DNA from: Acidobacteriota bacterium
Lineage (GTDB): Bacteria; Acidobacteriota; UBA6911
Assembly: GCA_965249005.1 (NCBI GenBank)
Contig: CBDFLD010000011.1
Location: 8,303 to 72,302, forward strand
Reading direction: 5' to 3'
DNA length: 64,000 bases
A program made the position numbers and the translations under genes. Positions 19,306-27,772 of the stretch are shown here, one piece after another. Position 1 is the first letter of the stretch. Each line of letters opens with the position of its first letter. Below the pieces are notes generated by a model. The model did no database searches. It was not told where the DNA came from and saw only the letters and a program-made list of their open reading frames with translations.

Positions 19306-20109
19306 TCAACCTCCCTGGATCGAGAGCCGTCGAATGGAAAATTGCCACCATACTCGACCAAGGACACCGGTGGCCCCGATCCACGCCAGCTGAAGACCGA
19401 TCGCCGATAGTGCTCCCACTCCCTCGATTCGCCCAAGGTAGATCTGAAGCGGCGTGTAGCTGATGTGCGGAAATGGAAGGAACGCAACAACCTTCTGCAA
19501 CGGGACCGGAAAAAAACTGATGGGAATGAGAAGACCAGACAAGAATTCCACAATGAAGTACTTCGCCCGAATCACACCGACGATGGAGTAGAGCTGGAGC
19601 GCCAGGGTGCCCACAAAGAAGTTGATCATGGCAAACAAGACCAGGGCGAGAAAAGAACTCAGCACGAACAACCCCCCCGCCAGGATCGAGGGCGGAGGAA
19701 GGATCCGATACACGCCAAACACGACAATGGCAATCGGCGCGGTGAACATCAAGACCCGAAAACACGATTCTCCGATCGTCTGGGCCAGATACATGAACTG
19801 GCTATCCACGGGCTTGATCAGGTGCATCGCGATTTTCCCCTCCAGGACCTCGGTTGCGATTTCCCGATCAACGTTGTTGAAGTAAAATGAGCGGATAATC
19901 CATCCGATGGCCACGTAAGTCACCATCTGCTGGAGGTTGTACCCCGCAACGTGCGTGCTGTTTTCGAAAATGGCGTTCCAGATGAAGTAATAGACCGAAA
20001 TATTGACGAAATACGTCAGTATTCCCGTGAAATAGCGGAGCCGGTAGGCCAGAATTTTCAGGAAAGCGATTCGGGCGAATTCATAGTAGACTGGAACCGA
20101 CGACATCAC
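19306..20109 (-). CDS. ABC-2 family transporter permease (DUF990-like), second subunit
   Basis: Polytopic paralogue-like protein (YYEFARIAFLKILAYRLRYFTGILTYFVNISVYYFIWNAIF). Confidence 0.75.
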   Translation of the reverse strand: MMSSVPVYYEFARIAFLKILAYRLRYFTGILTYFVNISVYYFIWNAIFENSTHVAGYNLQQMVTYVAIGWIIRSFYFNNVDREIATEVLEGKIAMHLIKPVDSQFMYLAQTIGESCFRVLMFTAPIAIVVFGVYRILPPPSILAGGLFVLSSFLALVLFAMINFFVGTLALQLYSIVGVIRAKYFIVEFLSGLLIPISFFPVPLQKVVAFLPFPHISYTPLQIYLGRIEGVGALSAIGLQLAWIGATGVLGRVWWQFSIRRLSIQGG

Positions 20110-20180
20110 TGCGTCTCTCCCTTGCGCGATTATACGTGAACGCTCTTAAAAGTTGACCGTTGTCACTACAGGGGCGGACA

Positions 20181-20285
20181 GCGGTCAAACCTTTCCCGGT
20201 TGTAAATAGTCTTGATGATAGCCTCGATCGGTGCGGTCAAACCATCCCGCGGTTGTAAATGGTCTTGATGATGGCCTCGATCGGT
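20181..20285. repeat. 52/53-bp tandem direct duplication spanning the stop codon of the ABC ATPase gene
   Basis: 20181-20232 GCGGTCAAACCTTTCCCGGTTGTAAATAGTCTTGATGATAGCCTCGATCGGT versus 20233-20285 GCGGTCAAACCATCCCGCGGTTGTAAATGGTCTTGATGATGGCCTCGATCGGT. Confidence 0.85.
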
Positions 20286-21235
20286 TCGGCTTCGACATAT
20301 ATGTCCCGGACCGACACCTGGTTCACGATTCTCCGAATAATCTCTGCAGAAGAAACTTGTTCTCGGTTGTATCGAATTCGATAAGTCAGGTCATCCACGT
20401 GCTCCCACTGAATGCCGTTCCCGGCTGCCAGTGCCTGATCGAGCTGGCTGCTGTCGTGACGATCCTGCAAATGGATATTGATCTGATTGAAACGGCCCAG
20501 CCGCTCCCTCAGCCCATCCAGGGAGCCATCATAAAGGATCTTGCCGCGGTCGATGATGACGATTCGCCGACACAGCTGCTCTATATCGGATAGATCGTGA
20601 GTCGTCAGCAAGATCGTAGTTCTCAGTTTTCTGTTCATGTCTTTCAGGAACTCTCGAATTCGATCCTTGGCCACGACATCCAAACCGATGGTCGGTTCGT
20701 CCAAGAAGAGTATGCGTGGATTGTGAAGTAAAGCGGCGGCTATGTCGCATCGCACCCGTTGCCCGAGGCTGAGTTTTCGGACGGGGCTATGCAGGAGAGG
20801 CCCCAGATCGAGCAACTCCGTGAAAATGTCGATTCGAGCCCGGAGATCATCGCGTGAAACGTCGAAGATCCGTCCAAGTAACTTGAAGCTTTCGATAACT
20901 GCAATGTCCCACCACAACTGCGTTCGCTGACCAAAAACCACACCGATCGTCTTTGTGTACTTTGTGCGATCGGAGTAGGGGCGGAACCCGTTGGCAATGA
21001 TCTGCCCGGAGGTTGGCACCAATATTCCGGTCAGCATCTTGATCGTGGTGGATTTGCCCGCGCCGTTGGGCCCGATATAGCCGACGAACTCGCCTTCTTC
21101 GATGGAAAGATCGATCCCGTCCACTGCCGCGAGGGTACGATAATCTCTGTGAAAGAGATCCTTTACCGCACCCCGGATGCCTTCTCGACGCTCAAAAACA
21201 CGGAATTCCTTGCGGATGTTTTCTGCCTGAATCAA
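20237..21235 (-). CDS. ABC transporter ATP-binding protein
   Basis: GPNGAGKSTTIKMLTGIL (Walker A), LSLGQRVRCDIAAALL (signature), ILFLDEPTIGLD (Walker B). TTG at 21235 (M-IQAENIRKEF) is preferred. The ORF-track TTG at 21304 would overlap lpxD by 41 nt. Confidence 0.9.
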   Translation of the reverse strand: MIQAENIRKEFRVFERREGIRGAVKDLFHRDYRTLAAVDGIDLSIEEGEFVGYIGPNGAGKSTTIKMLTGILVPTSGQIIANGFRPYSDRTKYTKTIGVVFGQRTQLWWDIAVIESFKLLGRIFDVSRDDLRARIDIFTELLDLGPLLHSPVRKLSLGQRVRCDIAAALLHNPRILFLDEPTIGLDVVAKDRIREFLKDMNRKLRTTILLTTHDLSDIEQLCRRIVIIDRGKILYDGSLDGLRERLGRFNQINIHLQDRHDSSQLDQALAAGNGIQWEHVDDLTYRIRYNREQVSSAEIIRRIVNQVSVRDIYVEAEPIEAIIKTIYNRGMV

Positions 21236-21263
21236 ACGGCACCTTTTTTCTGAAACTCGACGC

Positions 21264-22322
21264 TCACGAATCCGGTGGCTTGGACTTCCGGATCTTTTTT
21301 TCAATATCGGCCAGGGTTCGGCTCATCGAATCAAGTTGCGCTTTGAACTGGGGAAGCCGGCCGAAGAGAGCGTTCAGACGCTTGAATTCCCGAAGCGGTC
21401 TCACCGGCACTCCCCAGTAGACTTCGCCCCCCCTGACGATTTTCCCGGGAAGGACGCCCGCCTTGGAACCGATGACTACACCTTTTTCGACCCGCGCATG
21501 ATCTCCGAAGCCAACCTGACCCCCGATCACCGCACAGTCCTCGATGATGGTGCTTCCGGATATTCCCGTCTGCGCCGCAATAACAACATGCGACCCGATT
21601 CGAACATTGTGGGCGATCTGGACGAGATTGTCGATCTTGCTTCCGCGACCGATTCGGGTCATACCGAGGGAGCCGCGATCAATCGTGGTATTGGCGCCCA
21701 CCTCGACGTCGTCTTCAATGACGACACTCCCGACCTGAGGGAACTTGACCTGCCGGTCGCCGTCGAAGACATATCCAAAACCGTCTCCTCCCACGACCAC
21801 GCCCGCTTGAAGCACCACTCGATCGCCGAGCGTCACCCCCGGGCAAAGCACCACTCGGGGGTGGAGCACGCATCCCTCTCCGAGTACACAGTTGTCTCCA
21901 ATCACGACCCCGGCATGCAGAACGGACCCGGTTCCGATCCGGACTCCATGCGCGACCGAGCACCACGCGCCGATCTCGACCCCGTCGTCTATTTCGGCCC
22001 CCGAAGAAACGTCGGCTGTGGCATGACGCAAGGGCCGCGCGACGGGTTGCGGGTGCACGAGAGCGGCAGCGCGGGCAAAATCGAGTTTTGGAGCCTCCGA
22101 AATGATCGCGTTCCACTCGGCGTGGACCAACTTCGCGGTGGTCACGATACACCCGGCGGTCATGGCGTCGGGGAGGACCACCTTCCGTTCTTCAGCGTCG
22201 AAAAAGACCAGGGACGATCGATCCGAGTCGTCCAGACTCGAAACCCTGGAGATTTCCAACTGACCGTTGCCTTGGTGCGGCAGATCCAACACAGAAGCCA
22301 GTTCCGAAATGGTATAAGACAT
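21264..22322 (-). CDS. lpxD: UDP-3-O-acylglucosamine N-acyltransferase
   Basis: N-terminal LpxD domain ([14 protein letters not shown]...), a long run of hexapeptide repeats, and a C-terminal helical tail. Confidence 0.9.
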   Translation of the reverse strand: MSYTISELASVLDLPHQGNGQLEISRVSSLDDSDRSSLVFFDAEERKVVLPDAMTAGCIVTTAKLVHAEWNAIISEAPKLDFARAAALVHPQPVARPLRHATADVSSGAEIDDGVEIGAWCSVAHGVRIGTGSVLHAGVVIGDNCVLGEGCVLHPRVVLCPGVTLGDRVVLQAGVVVGGDGFGYVFDGDRQVKFPQVGSVVIEDDVEVGANTTIDRGSLGMTRIGRGSKIDNLVQIAHNVRIGSHVVIAAQTGISGSTIIEDCAVIGGQVGFGDHARVEKGVVIGSKAGVLPGKIVRGGEVYWGVPVRPLREFKRLNALFGRLPQFKAQLDSMSRTLADIEKKIRKSKPPDS

Positions 22323-22704
22323 CGTTTGGTGCGCTCGCGAAAAATTGTCCCGACGCTCGACGCTTCACTGTATCAAATTGGCGACGTTTGCAATAGCGCG
22401 TCTCTGTCAAGTGCCTGGGTTTCCCGTGGACCCCCAAATGGCAAGGAGCCACCCTCTCGAGCTTTTTGGCTGCGCTGTTGGTGAGGCCCGGCTGCATGGG
22501 TGGATGAAAGTGCAGCCGGGATCCAGGGGAGGTGTTCGTAGATCCAGCAATGCCGACGCCATCAACAATCGGAGACCGAGTCACGGAACAGCTGCGACCA
22601 CAGCCGATGCCACGCGTGGACCGCCGCACGATCGCCAAATACTCCGGGGAAAAGTCGGGTGGTTGCGGTCCGTGCCCGGCGACATCCCCCCCGATCGAGC
22701 CGCG

Positions 22705-23046
22705 TTATCCGATTGCCTCCTTTCCCCGCTCGCCCGTCCGGATTCGAACGCAGTCGGGAAGATCCAGGACAAAGATCTTCCCATCTCCGATATTGCCGGT
22801 ACGGGCCCCCGCTATGATCGCATCGATCGTCGGTTCGACGAAGTCGTCATTGACGGCTATTTCGACCCGCACCTTCTTGAGGAGGTTGATCGTGTGGATC
22901 ACACCGCGGTAGGCCTCCGTGTATCCCTTCTGTTCTCCGGCTCCCACGACAGTCGTGACCGTCATCTTGTGAACCTCTGCATCGAAGAGGGCTTGTTTGA
23001 CGTCGGGCAGTTTGTGAGGCTGTATCATAGCCACAATCATTTTCAT
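22705..23046 (-). CDS. glnK: Nitrogen regulatory protein P-II
   Basis: [48 protein letters not shown]...[20 protein letters not shown]. Lies directly downstream of the ammonium transporter gene. Confidence 0.95.
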   Translation of the reverse strand: MKMIVAMIQPHKLPDVKQALFDAEVHKMTVTTVVGAGEQKGYTEAYRGVIHTINLLKKVRVEIAVNDDFVEPTIDAIIAGARTGNIGDGKIFVLDLPDCVRIRTGERGKEAIG

Positions 23047-23124
23047 TTCGCTTCCCTTCCGTCCTGGTGCGAAAGCCTACGAGGCTGGCAGCACCACGGC
23101 AGTCTTAGTGGTCTCTGGTCAGAA

Positions 23125-24462
23125 TCAATCAGTGGTAAAGATCTGGAATCCTGAGTATGCCTCCATCGCATGCTCTCCAATGTCCAATCCCTTGTGTTCC
23201 TCATCCTGAGAAACACGAATGCCGACGAGCACTTTGATCACCCCGAATATTAGAAAGGCGGCCGCGAACGTCACGACACCGTATGCGGCAATACCCGTAA
23301 GCTGGTTCATCAGCGTGTGCTCCGCATTGAGACTGAAGATGCCGACCGCCAGCGTGCCCCAAATACCACAAACGAGATGAACGGAGATCGCACCCACGGG
23401 ATCATCTATCTTCAGTTTGGCGTCGATAAAGATCACCGATGCCACGACGAGCACCCCGGCGATGAGTCCAATGACAACCGCGGCCATAACGGAAACGGTA
23501 TCGGCACCTGCCGTGATCCCTACCAGACCGGCGAGGCAGCCGTTTAACGCCATGGAGAGGTCAGGTTTCCTCTGAATCATCTCGGAAGTAAGGTAGGCGG
23601 CGATGATGCCCGCGGCCGCGGCAAGACAGGTAGTTACCAGGGTCCGGGAAACGGCGCCCGGATCGGCCGACAGGACCGAGCCTCCGTTGAAACCAAACCA
23701 CCCCAGCCACAGTAGAAAGACTCCGATCGTGGCCAAAGGCATGTTCGATCCGGGAATGGCATTGACGCTTCCCTGCACGTACTTGCCGATCCTCGGCCCC
23801 AGAAGAATCGCACCAGCCAGAGCGCCCCATCCCCCTACGGAGTGCACTAGAGTCGAACCGGCGAAGTCATAAAACCCCAACTCGTCGAGCCATCCACCAC
23901 CCCACTTCCAGCTTCCGACCAGCGGGTAAACAATTCCAACAAAAAGGGTCGTAAAGACGAGGAAACTCGGAAGCTTGATGCGGCCGGCGACCGCTCCCGA
24001 GACAATCGTGGCGCCAGTGGCGGCAAACATCGCCTGAAAAAGGAAATCAGTCCAGTAAGTGTAGGCGCCATCGGCATACTCGATCAAACCGGCGGCTCCC
24101 TCCGGCGATGAGATCCCGAAGCCGGAAAAACCGAGCCATTTTCCAAGGACCCACGCGTCGCCGGGGTACATCAAGTTGAATCCACACAAGGCGTAGGTCA
24201 GTAGTCCGATGGCCACGATCATCGTGTTCTTGAACAAGATATTGACGGTGTTTTTCGACCTGGTCAGGCCAGCCTCCAATGTGGCGAAGCCCAGGTGCAT
24301 GATAAACACCAAAAACGTCGAAACCATCATCCAGGTGTTGTTGACCATGAACATCGCCTCAGCGGCTGCGTTGGTTTGGGCATAAGCGTACGAGGCCCAA
24401 ACAAGCCCGATGGACAAAAAGGTTGCCAGACGTAACCTCCGCGTTAGACAGACTCCCAGCAT
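23125..24462 (-). CDS. amtB: Ammonium transporter (Amt family)
   Basis: 445-aa polytopic protein with Amt motifs (DFAGSTLVHSVGGWGALAGAILLGPRIGKY, GFNGGS, AISVHLVCGIWGTLAVG). Confidence 0.95.
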   Translation of the reverse strand: MLGVCLTRRLRLATFLSIGLVWASYAYAQTNAAAEAMFMVNNTWMMVSTFLVFIMHLGFATLEAGLTRSKNTVNILFKNTMIVAIGLLTYALCGFNLMYPGDAWVLGKWLGFSGFGISSPEGAAGLIEYADGAYTYWTDFLFQAMFAATGATIVSGAVAGRIKLPSFLVFTTLFVGIVYPLVGSWKWGGGWLDELGFYDFAGSTLVHSVGGWGALAGAILLGPRIGKYVQGSVNAIPGSNMPLATIGVFLLWLGWFGFNGGSVLSADPGAVSRTLVTTCLAAAAGIIAAYLTSEMIQRKPDLSMALNGCLAGLVGITAGADTVSVMAAVVIGLIAGVLVVASVIFIDAKLKIDDPVGAISVHLVCGIWGTLAVGIFSLNAEHTLMNQLTGIAAYGVVTFAAAFLIFGVIKVLVGIRVSQDEEHKGLDIGEHAMEAYSGFQIFTTD

Positions 24463-24582
24463 CCGTTCTCCTTCTCTGTAGGTATTGAGATAGTTTTTAG
24501 AATCGGAATATTCGGCAAACTCGCACCAACTCGGATCGAGCTCGGGGTCCCCCCCGACATGCGCAACAGATGCCCGCTGCGC

Positions 24583-25602
24583 CTAGAAGGCCAGACTGAG
24601 CGTGACCCCACCCCAGACCGTATCGGCAAAGCCGGCCGGAGTTCCCGCAGTCCCCAAATGAACGGCGCGCGGGTCTCGGAGCTGGTGGTTCCGGAATTCG
24701 CCCAGCAACGCACTGTAGGACAAAAACGGGCCCAGCCACCATTGCTCTTTAATCGTCAGCGGAAGGCTGATCGTGAAGTTGAAGTCGTGCGCACCTGACT
24801 CGGGGGCACCGTAGAAGAAATCTCCGAAACCCGAATTTGCAAAAGCTATGTAGCCTGAGAAATCCAGGGATTGGAGAATGCTTTCGCCAAGGGGGATCGA
24901 GTGGCTGGCGCCCAGAGTGAAGTAAACCCCGGTGGTGCCACCATTGTTGCGGCTTTCATCGACGTCGACGTAAAGCGTGGCAGCAGGGGCGAGCGGTACC
25001 GAATCGAGGCTTATCCCCCCGTAAATCTCGGTTGTTGACGGTAGTGAGACCGCACGATCGGGGAAGGCATAAGTGATGGTGCCGACATCGATCGACACAT
25101 TCTCGAAGGAGTGCGCGTAGGAAAAGACATAGTTGAGCTCGGTGAACTTCCCCTTGAGTCCGGAATGATTCCCGGCAGGCGCGCCTGGATTCTCCGGCAA
25201 GAACAGAGAATCCCCTTCATTTGCAGCCGTCAGGTCCACTGTTCCCCACGCGTTGAAGGAGAACCCACCAATTCCAACGGTCGCTGACGGCTGAAGGCTC
25301 CAATCGTTCGTCGCTCTCTGGCCACGCCAGATGTACTTGCTTGCCAGCGCCATATCGCCCGCGAAAGTATAGATCGACGGGGGGCTTGCCACCGGAACTT
25401 TGCCCTGATCTTGCTCTTTGTCTTTGCCGAAGGCCGGCCCGGAAAAGCAGAATAGAGAAATGGACAAGAGAGACAGCACGATTGAGCGGGGCCCTTCACG
25501 GATCCTCCTCCTTGAAAGCGCACGGAACGCGTGCGGGGTTGAAAAGAAGTACTCTTCAGTTAAATGCAATCTCCGTGCCAGTCCCTCTCGATACACGCGC
25601 AA
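24583..25602 (-). CDS. Putative outer-membrane beta-barrel porin (TorF/Gcw_chp-like), first gene of the amt-glnK operon
   Basis: Signal-like SIVLSLLSISLFCFSGPAFG, then alternating beta-strand pattern (ASKYIWRGQRATNDWSLQPSATVGIGGFSFNAWGTVDL), ending ...GGVTLSLAF. The true start must be downstream of the sigma-54 promoter at 25565-25580 (SD AAGGAGGAGG at 25504-25513), so the N-terminal ~33-41 codons of the ORF-track model are probably not translated. Confidence 0.6.
   Translation of the reverse strand: MRVYREGLARRLHLTEEYFFSTPHAFRALSRRRIREGPRSIVLSLLSISLFCFSGPAFGKDKEQDQGKVPVASPPSIYTFAGDMALASKYIWRGQRATNDWSLQPSATVGIGGFSFNAWGTVDLTAANEGDSLFLPENPGAPAGNHSGLKGKFTELNYVFSYAHSFENVSIDVGTITYAFPDRAVSLPSTTEIYGGISLDSVPLAPAATLYVDVDESRNNGGTTGVYFTLGASHSIPLGESILQSLDFSGYIAFANSGFGDFFYGAPESGAHDFNFTISLPLTIKEQWWLGPFLSYSALLGEFRNHQLRDPRAVHLGTAGTPAGFADTVWGGVTLSLAF
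25565..25580 (-). promoter_or_regulatory. Sigma-54 (-24/-12) promoter, perfect consensus TGGCAC-GGAGA-TTGCA on the minus strand
   Basis: The plus strand reads TGCAA TCTCC GTGCCA. Lies ~50 nt upstream of the SD of the porin-amt-glnK operon, whose amt-glnK genes are a classical sigma-54/nitrogen regulon target. Confidence 0.8.
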
Positions 25603-25625
25603 TACGACAGGAATCTATATATATT

Positions 25626-25890
25626 ATTGTATAACAATGACTTATTAGATATCTTGCCCACCGACAAGGGGCACAGCGGCACCGAGTTCTATCTACATTT
25701 ATGTATGATCATGGCAATGATGCATACATTATTGTATTAGGAATGGGCAATAACTCTAGAAGGAAACCAAGATGGGTCCGAGGACGGCCAAACGGGGAAG
25801 GGGAATTGGTTCTTCTCTAAACAATAGAAAAAAACAGACACTAAACTATAAATTCTAAAACGCTTATAGTATATATTACAAATTTGTAAT
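25626..25890 (-). promoter_or_regulatory. AT-rich upstream activating region with several inverted repeats and an IHF-like site
   Basis: ATTGT-ATA-ACAAT (25626-25638); IHF-like TAACAATGACTTA (25632-25644); TACA-TTTA-TGTA (25694-25705); ATCAT-GGCA-ATGAT (25707-25720); ATACA-TTAT-TGTAT (25724-25737); perfect 16-bp palindrome ATTACAAATTTGTAAT (25875-25890). Confidence 0.45.
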
Positions 25891-25984
25891 TTTATTCATC
25901 TTTTAGTACGATATTGTAACTCTGAGCATCCCAGTGCAGTCCCCCGCCTCGAAACCCAATGGGGGGGGCGCAAGCCAATGCGGC

Positions 25985-27556
25985 TCAACCCCGGAATCGG
26001 GAGCAATCGATGCTATATTTATCGACCTTGTACCCGATGACCCGCTCCGTGGTTTCGAGCAGTCTAGCTGCCTTGGCACGATTACCACGGGTCGTTTTCA
26101 AAGCATCCAGGATGAGGTCCTTTTCATAGGTGGCAACCGATTCGGTCAGAGAAATCCGCATGACGGTTCCGGATGCCTCCGCCGTTTGAAGCGTGGGGGG
26201 CAAATGGTACCCGTGGATCACGTGACCATCGCAAACCAGAACTGCTCTTTCAATCGTGTTCTCGAGCTCGCGGACATTGCCGGGCCAGTGATAACTCATC
26301 AACATGTCGATTGCCGGCGTGGAAATGCGCATGATGTTCTTGCGGTGCTCCGACGCGTAACGGTTGAGAAAGTGGTCCGCCAGAAGCAGGATATCCGGCT
26401 TTCGCTCCCTCAGAGGAGGAAGGAAAATGGTAAAAACATTGAGGCGATAGTACAAGTCCTCCCGAAAAGTCCCTTGGCCCATCGCTTCTTCCAGATCCTT
26501 GTTCGTTGCCGCCACAAGTCGAACGTTGACCTTGATCGTTTCCGTGCCGCCGACGCGCTCAAACTCCTGCTCCTGAAGAGCCCGCAATAGCTTGACCTGC
26601 GTCAGAGGCTCCAATTCCCCGATCTCATCAAGGAATAGAGTTCCCCCATCGGCCATGTCGAAACGTCCTGGTTTCCGCGACTGGGCATCGGTGAACGCTC
26701 CTTTCTCATAGCCGAACAACTCTGCCTCGATCAAACTTGCCGGCAGTGCGGCGCAGCTCACCTTGACAAAGGGCTTCTTCGCCCGAAGTGAATTGTAGTG
26801 AAGCGCATGAGCGATCAGTTCCTTCCCGGTTCCGGACTCCCCGCGAATCAGCACGGTGGTGTTCGTCCGGGCCACCCGGGCAACGTGCTCGTAGACCTGA
26901 TTCATGGCACTGCTGGTTCCGATGATATGGGAGAAGTCGTATCGACTCTCGAGTTCCTCCTGTAGGTGAATGTTCTCTTCAAGAAAGCGGTTCCTCTCGG
27001 ACTCTACCAGACGACTGGTCTGAATTGCCTGGGCGATCATCGACGACACGACATTGAGGAATTTGAGCTCTTCCCCGTAATCGCGGGTTTTGACAAAGGA
27101 AAGGTCAATACTCAACGCCCCCGCCTTTTCACCCTTGATCAGGATCGGCACGCATATGAAGGTAAGCTCTTGCTTGGCAAGCTCCTTTCGCTCATCGGCC
27201 CGACTCAGAAAGAGGGGCTCGCGGCTGATCTGCGGAATAACGAGCGGCCTTCCGCTTTCCACCACCATCCCGGTGATTCCTTCCCCCAAATTGTAACGGA
27301 CACGGCGCCCCTTCAGGGTGAGACCGTTCGCTGCTTCGATGTGAAGTTCCCGGGTTTCCGGGTCCAGCAATGTGACGGCGCTCCGAATCGCCCCGTGATA
27401 CCGCTCGAGGACTTCCAAGACGCGATGCAGCGACTCTTTGAGATTCAGTCCGTCCGTCAGAATCTGGCTTACGCGGGCGAGAGCCCCGAGAACGTCTTCC
27501 TGGTGATCAGCTCGCGCCACCGCGTGCTTGCCTGGTCCGACTCGCTTGCTCCGCAT
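25985..27556 (-). CDS. Sigma-54-dependent transcriptional activator, GAF sensor + AAA+ + Fis-type HTH (NifA-like architecture)
   Basis: GAF-like N-terminus, [19 protein letters not shown] (Walker A), GAFTDA loop, [12 protein letters not shown]-terminal [29 protein letters not shown]. Confidence 0.9.
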   Translation of the reverse strand: MRSKRVGPGKHAVARADHQEDVLGALARVSQILTDGLNLKESLHRVLEVLERYHGAIRSAVTLLDPETRELHIEAANGLTLKGRRVRYNLGEGITGMVVESGRPLVIPQISREPLFLSRADERKELAKQELTFICVPILIKGEKAGALSIDLSFVKTRDYGEELKFLNVVSSMIAQAIQTSRLVESERNRFLEENIHLQEELESRYDFSHIIGTSSAMNQVYEHVARVARTNTTVLIRGESGTGKELIAHALHYNSLRAKKPFVKVSCAALPASLIEAELFGYEKGAFTDAQSRKPGRFDMADGGTLFLDEIGELEPLTQVKLLRALQEQEFERVGGTETIKVNVRLVAATNKDLEEAMGQGTFREDLYYRLNVFTIFLPPLRERKPDILLLADHFLNRYASEHRKNIMRISTPAIDMLMSYHWPGNVRELENTIERAVLVCDGHVIHGYHLPPTLQTAEASGTVMRISLTESVATYEKDLILDALKTTRGNRAKAARLLETTERVIGYKVDKYSIDCSRFRG

Positions 27557-27606
27557 TATCCTTGATTCCCGACAAATTTGTAGCCTATAGAGGCAAATCC
27601 TACCAA

Positions 27607-27612
27607 ATTATA
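27607..27612 (-). promoter_or_regulatory. Possible sigma-70 -10 hexamer (TATAAT on the minus strand) about 50 nt upstream of the activator gene
   Basis: The plus strand reads ATTATA. No convincing -35 element. The palindrome ACAAATTTGT (27572-27581) lies between it and the start codon. Confidence 0.3.
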
Positions 27613-27772
27613 CCGAAAAATGCCGGGCCCGGCGTGAAGGAAATCGCAAAGCCGGAAGTTCCCCGGCCTGCACGATAGTGAGCTTTATAGCGAGAGTGCG
27701 GGGAGACCGCCCCCTCCCATGGAAGCGGAAAATGACTGCAATGCTGAAATCAGGGGTAGCCCCGCAAAGCCG

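Noticed and set aside
21336-22484. 382-aa plus-strand ORF
   Set aside because: Antisense shadow of lpxD. The hexapeptide-repeat periodicity generates long open frames on the opposite strand.
22345-23154. 269-aa plus-strand ORF spanning the glnK-lpxD spacer
   Set aside because: More than half of it is antisense to glnK. The translation is low-complexity (Arg/Pro/Gly-rich) and nothing about it is recognisable.
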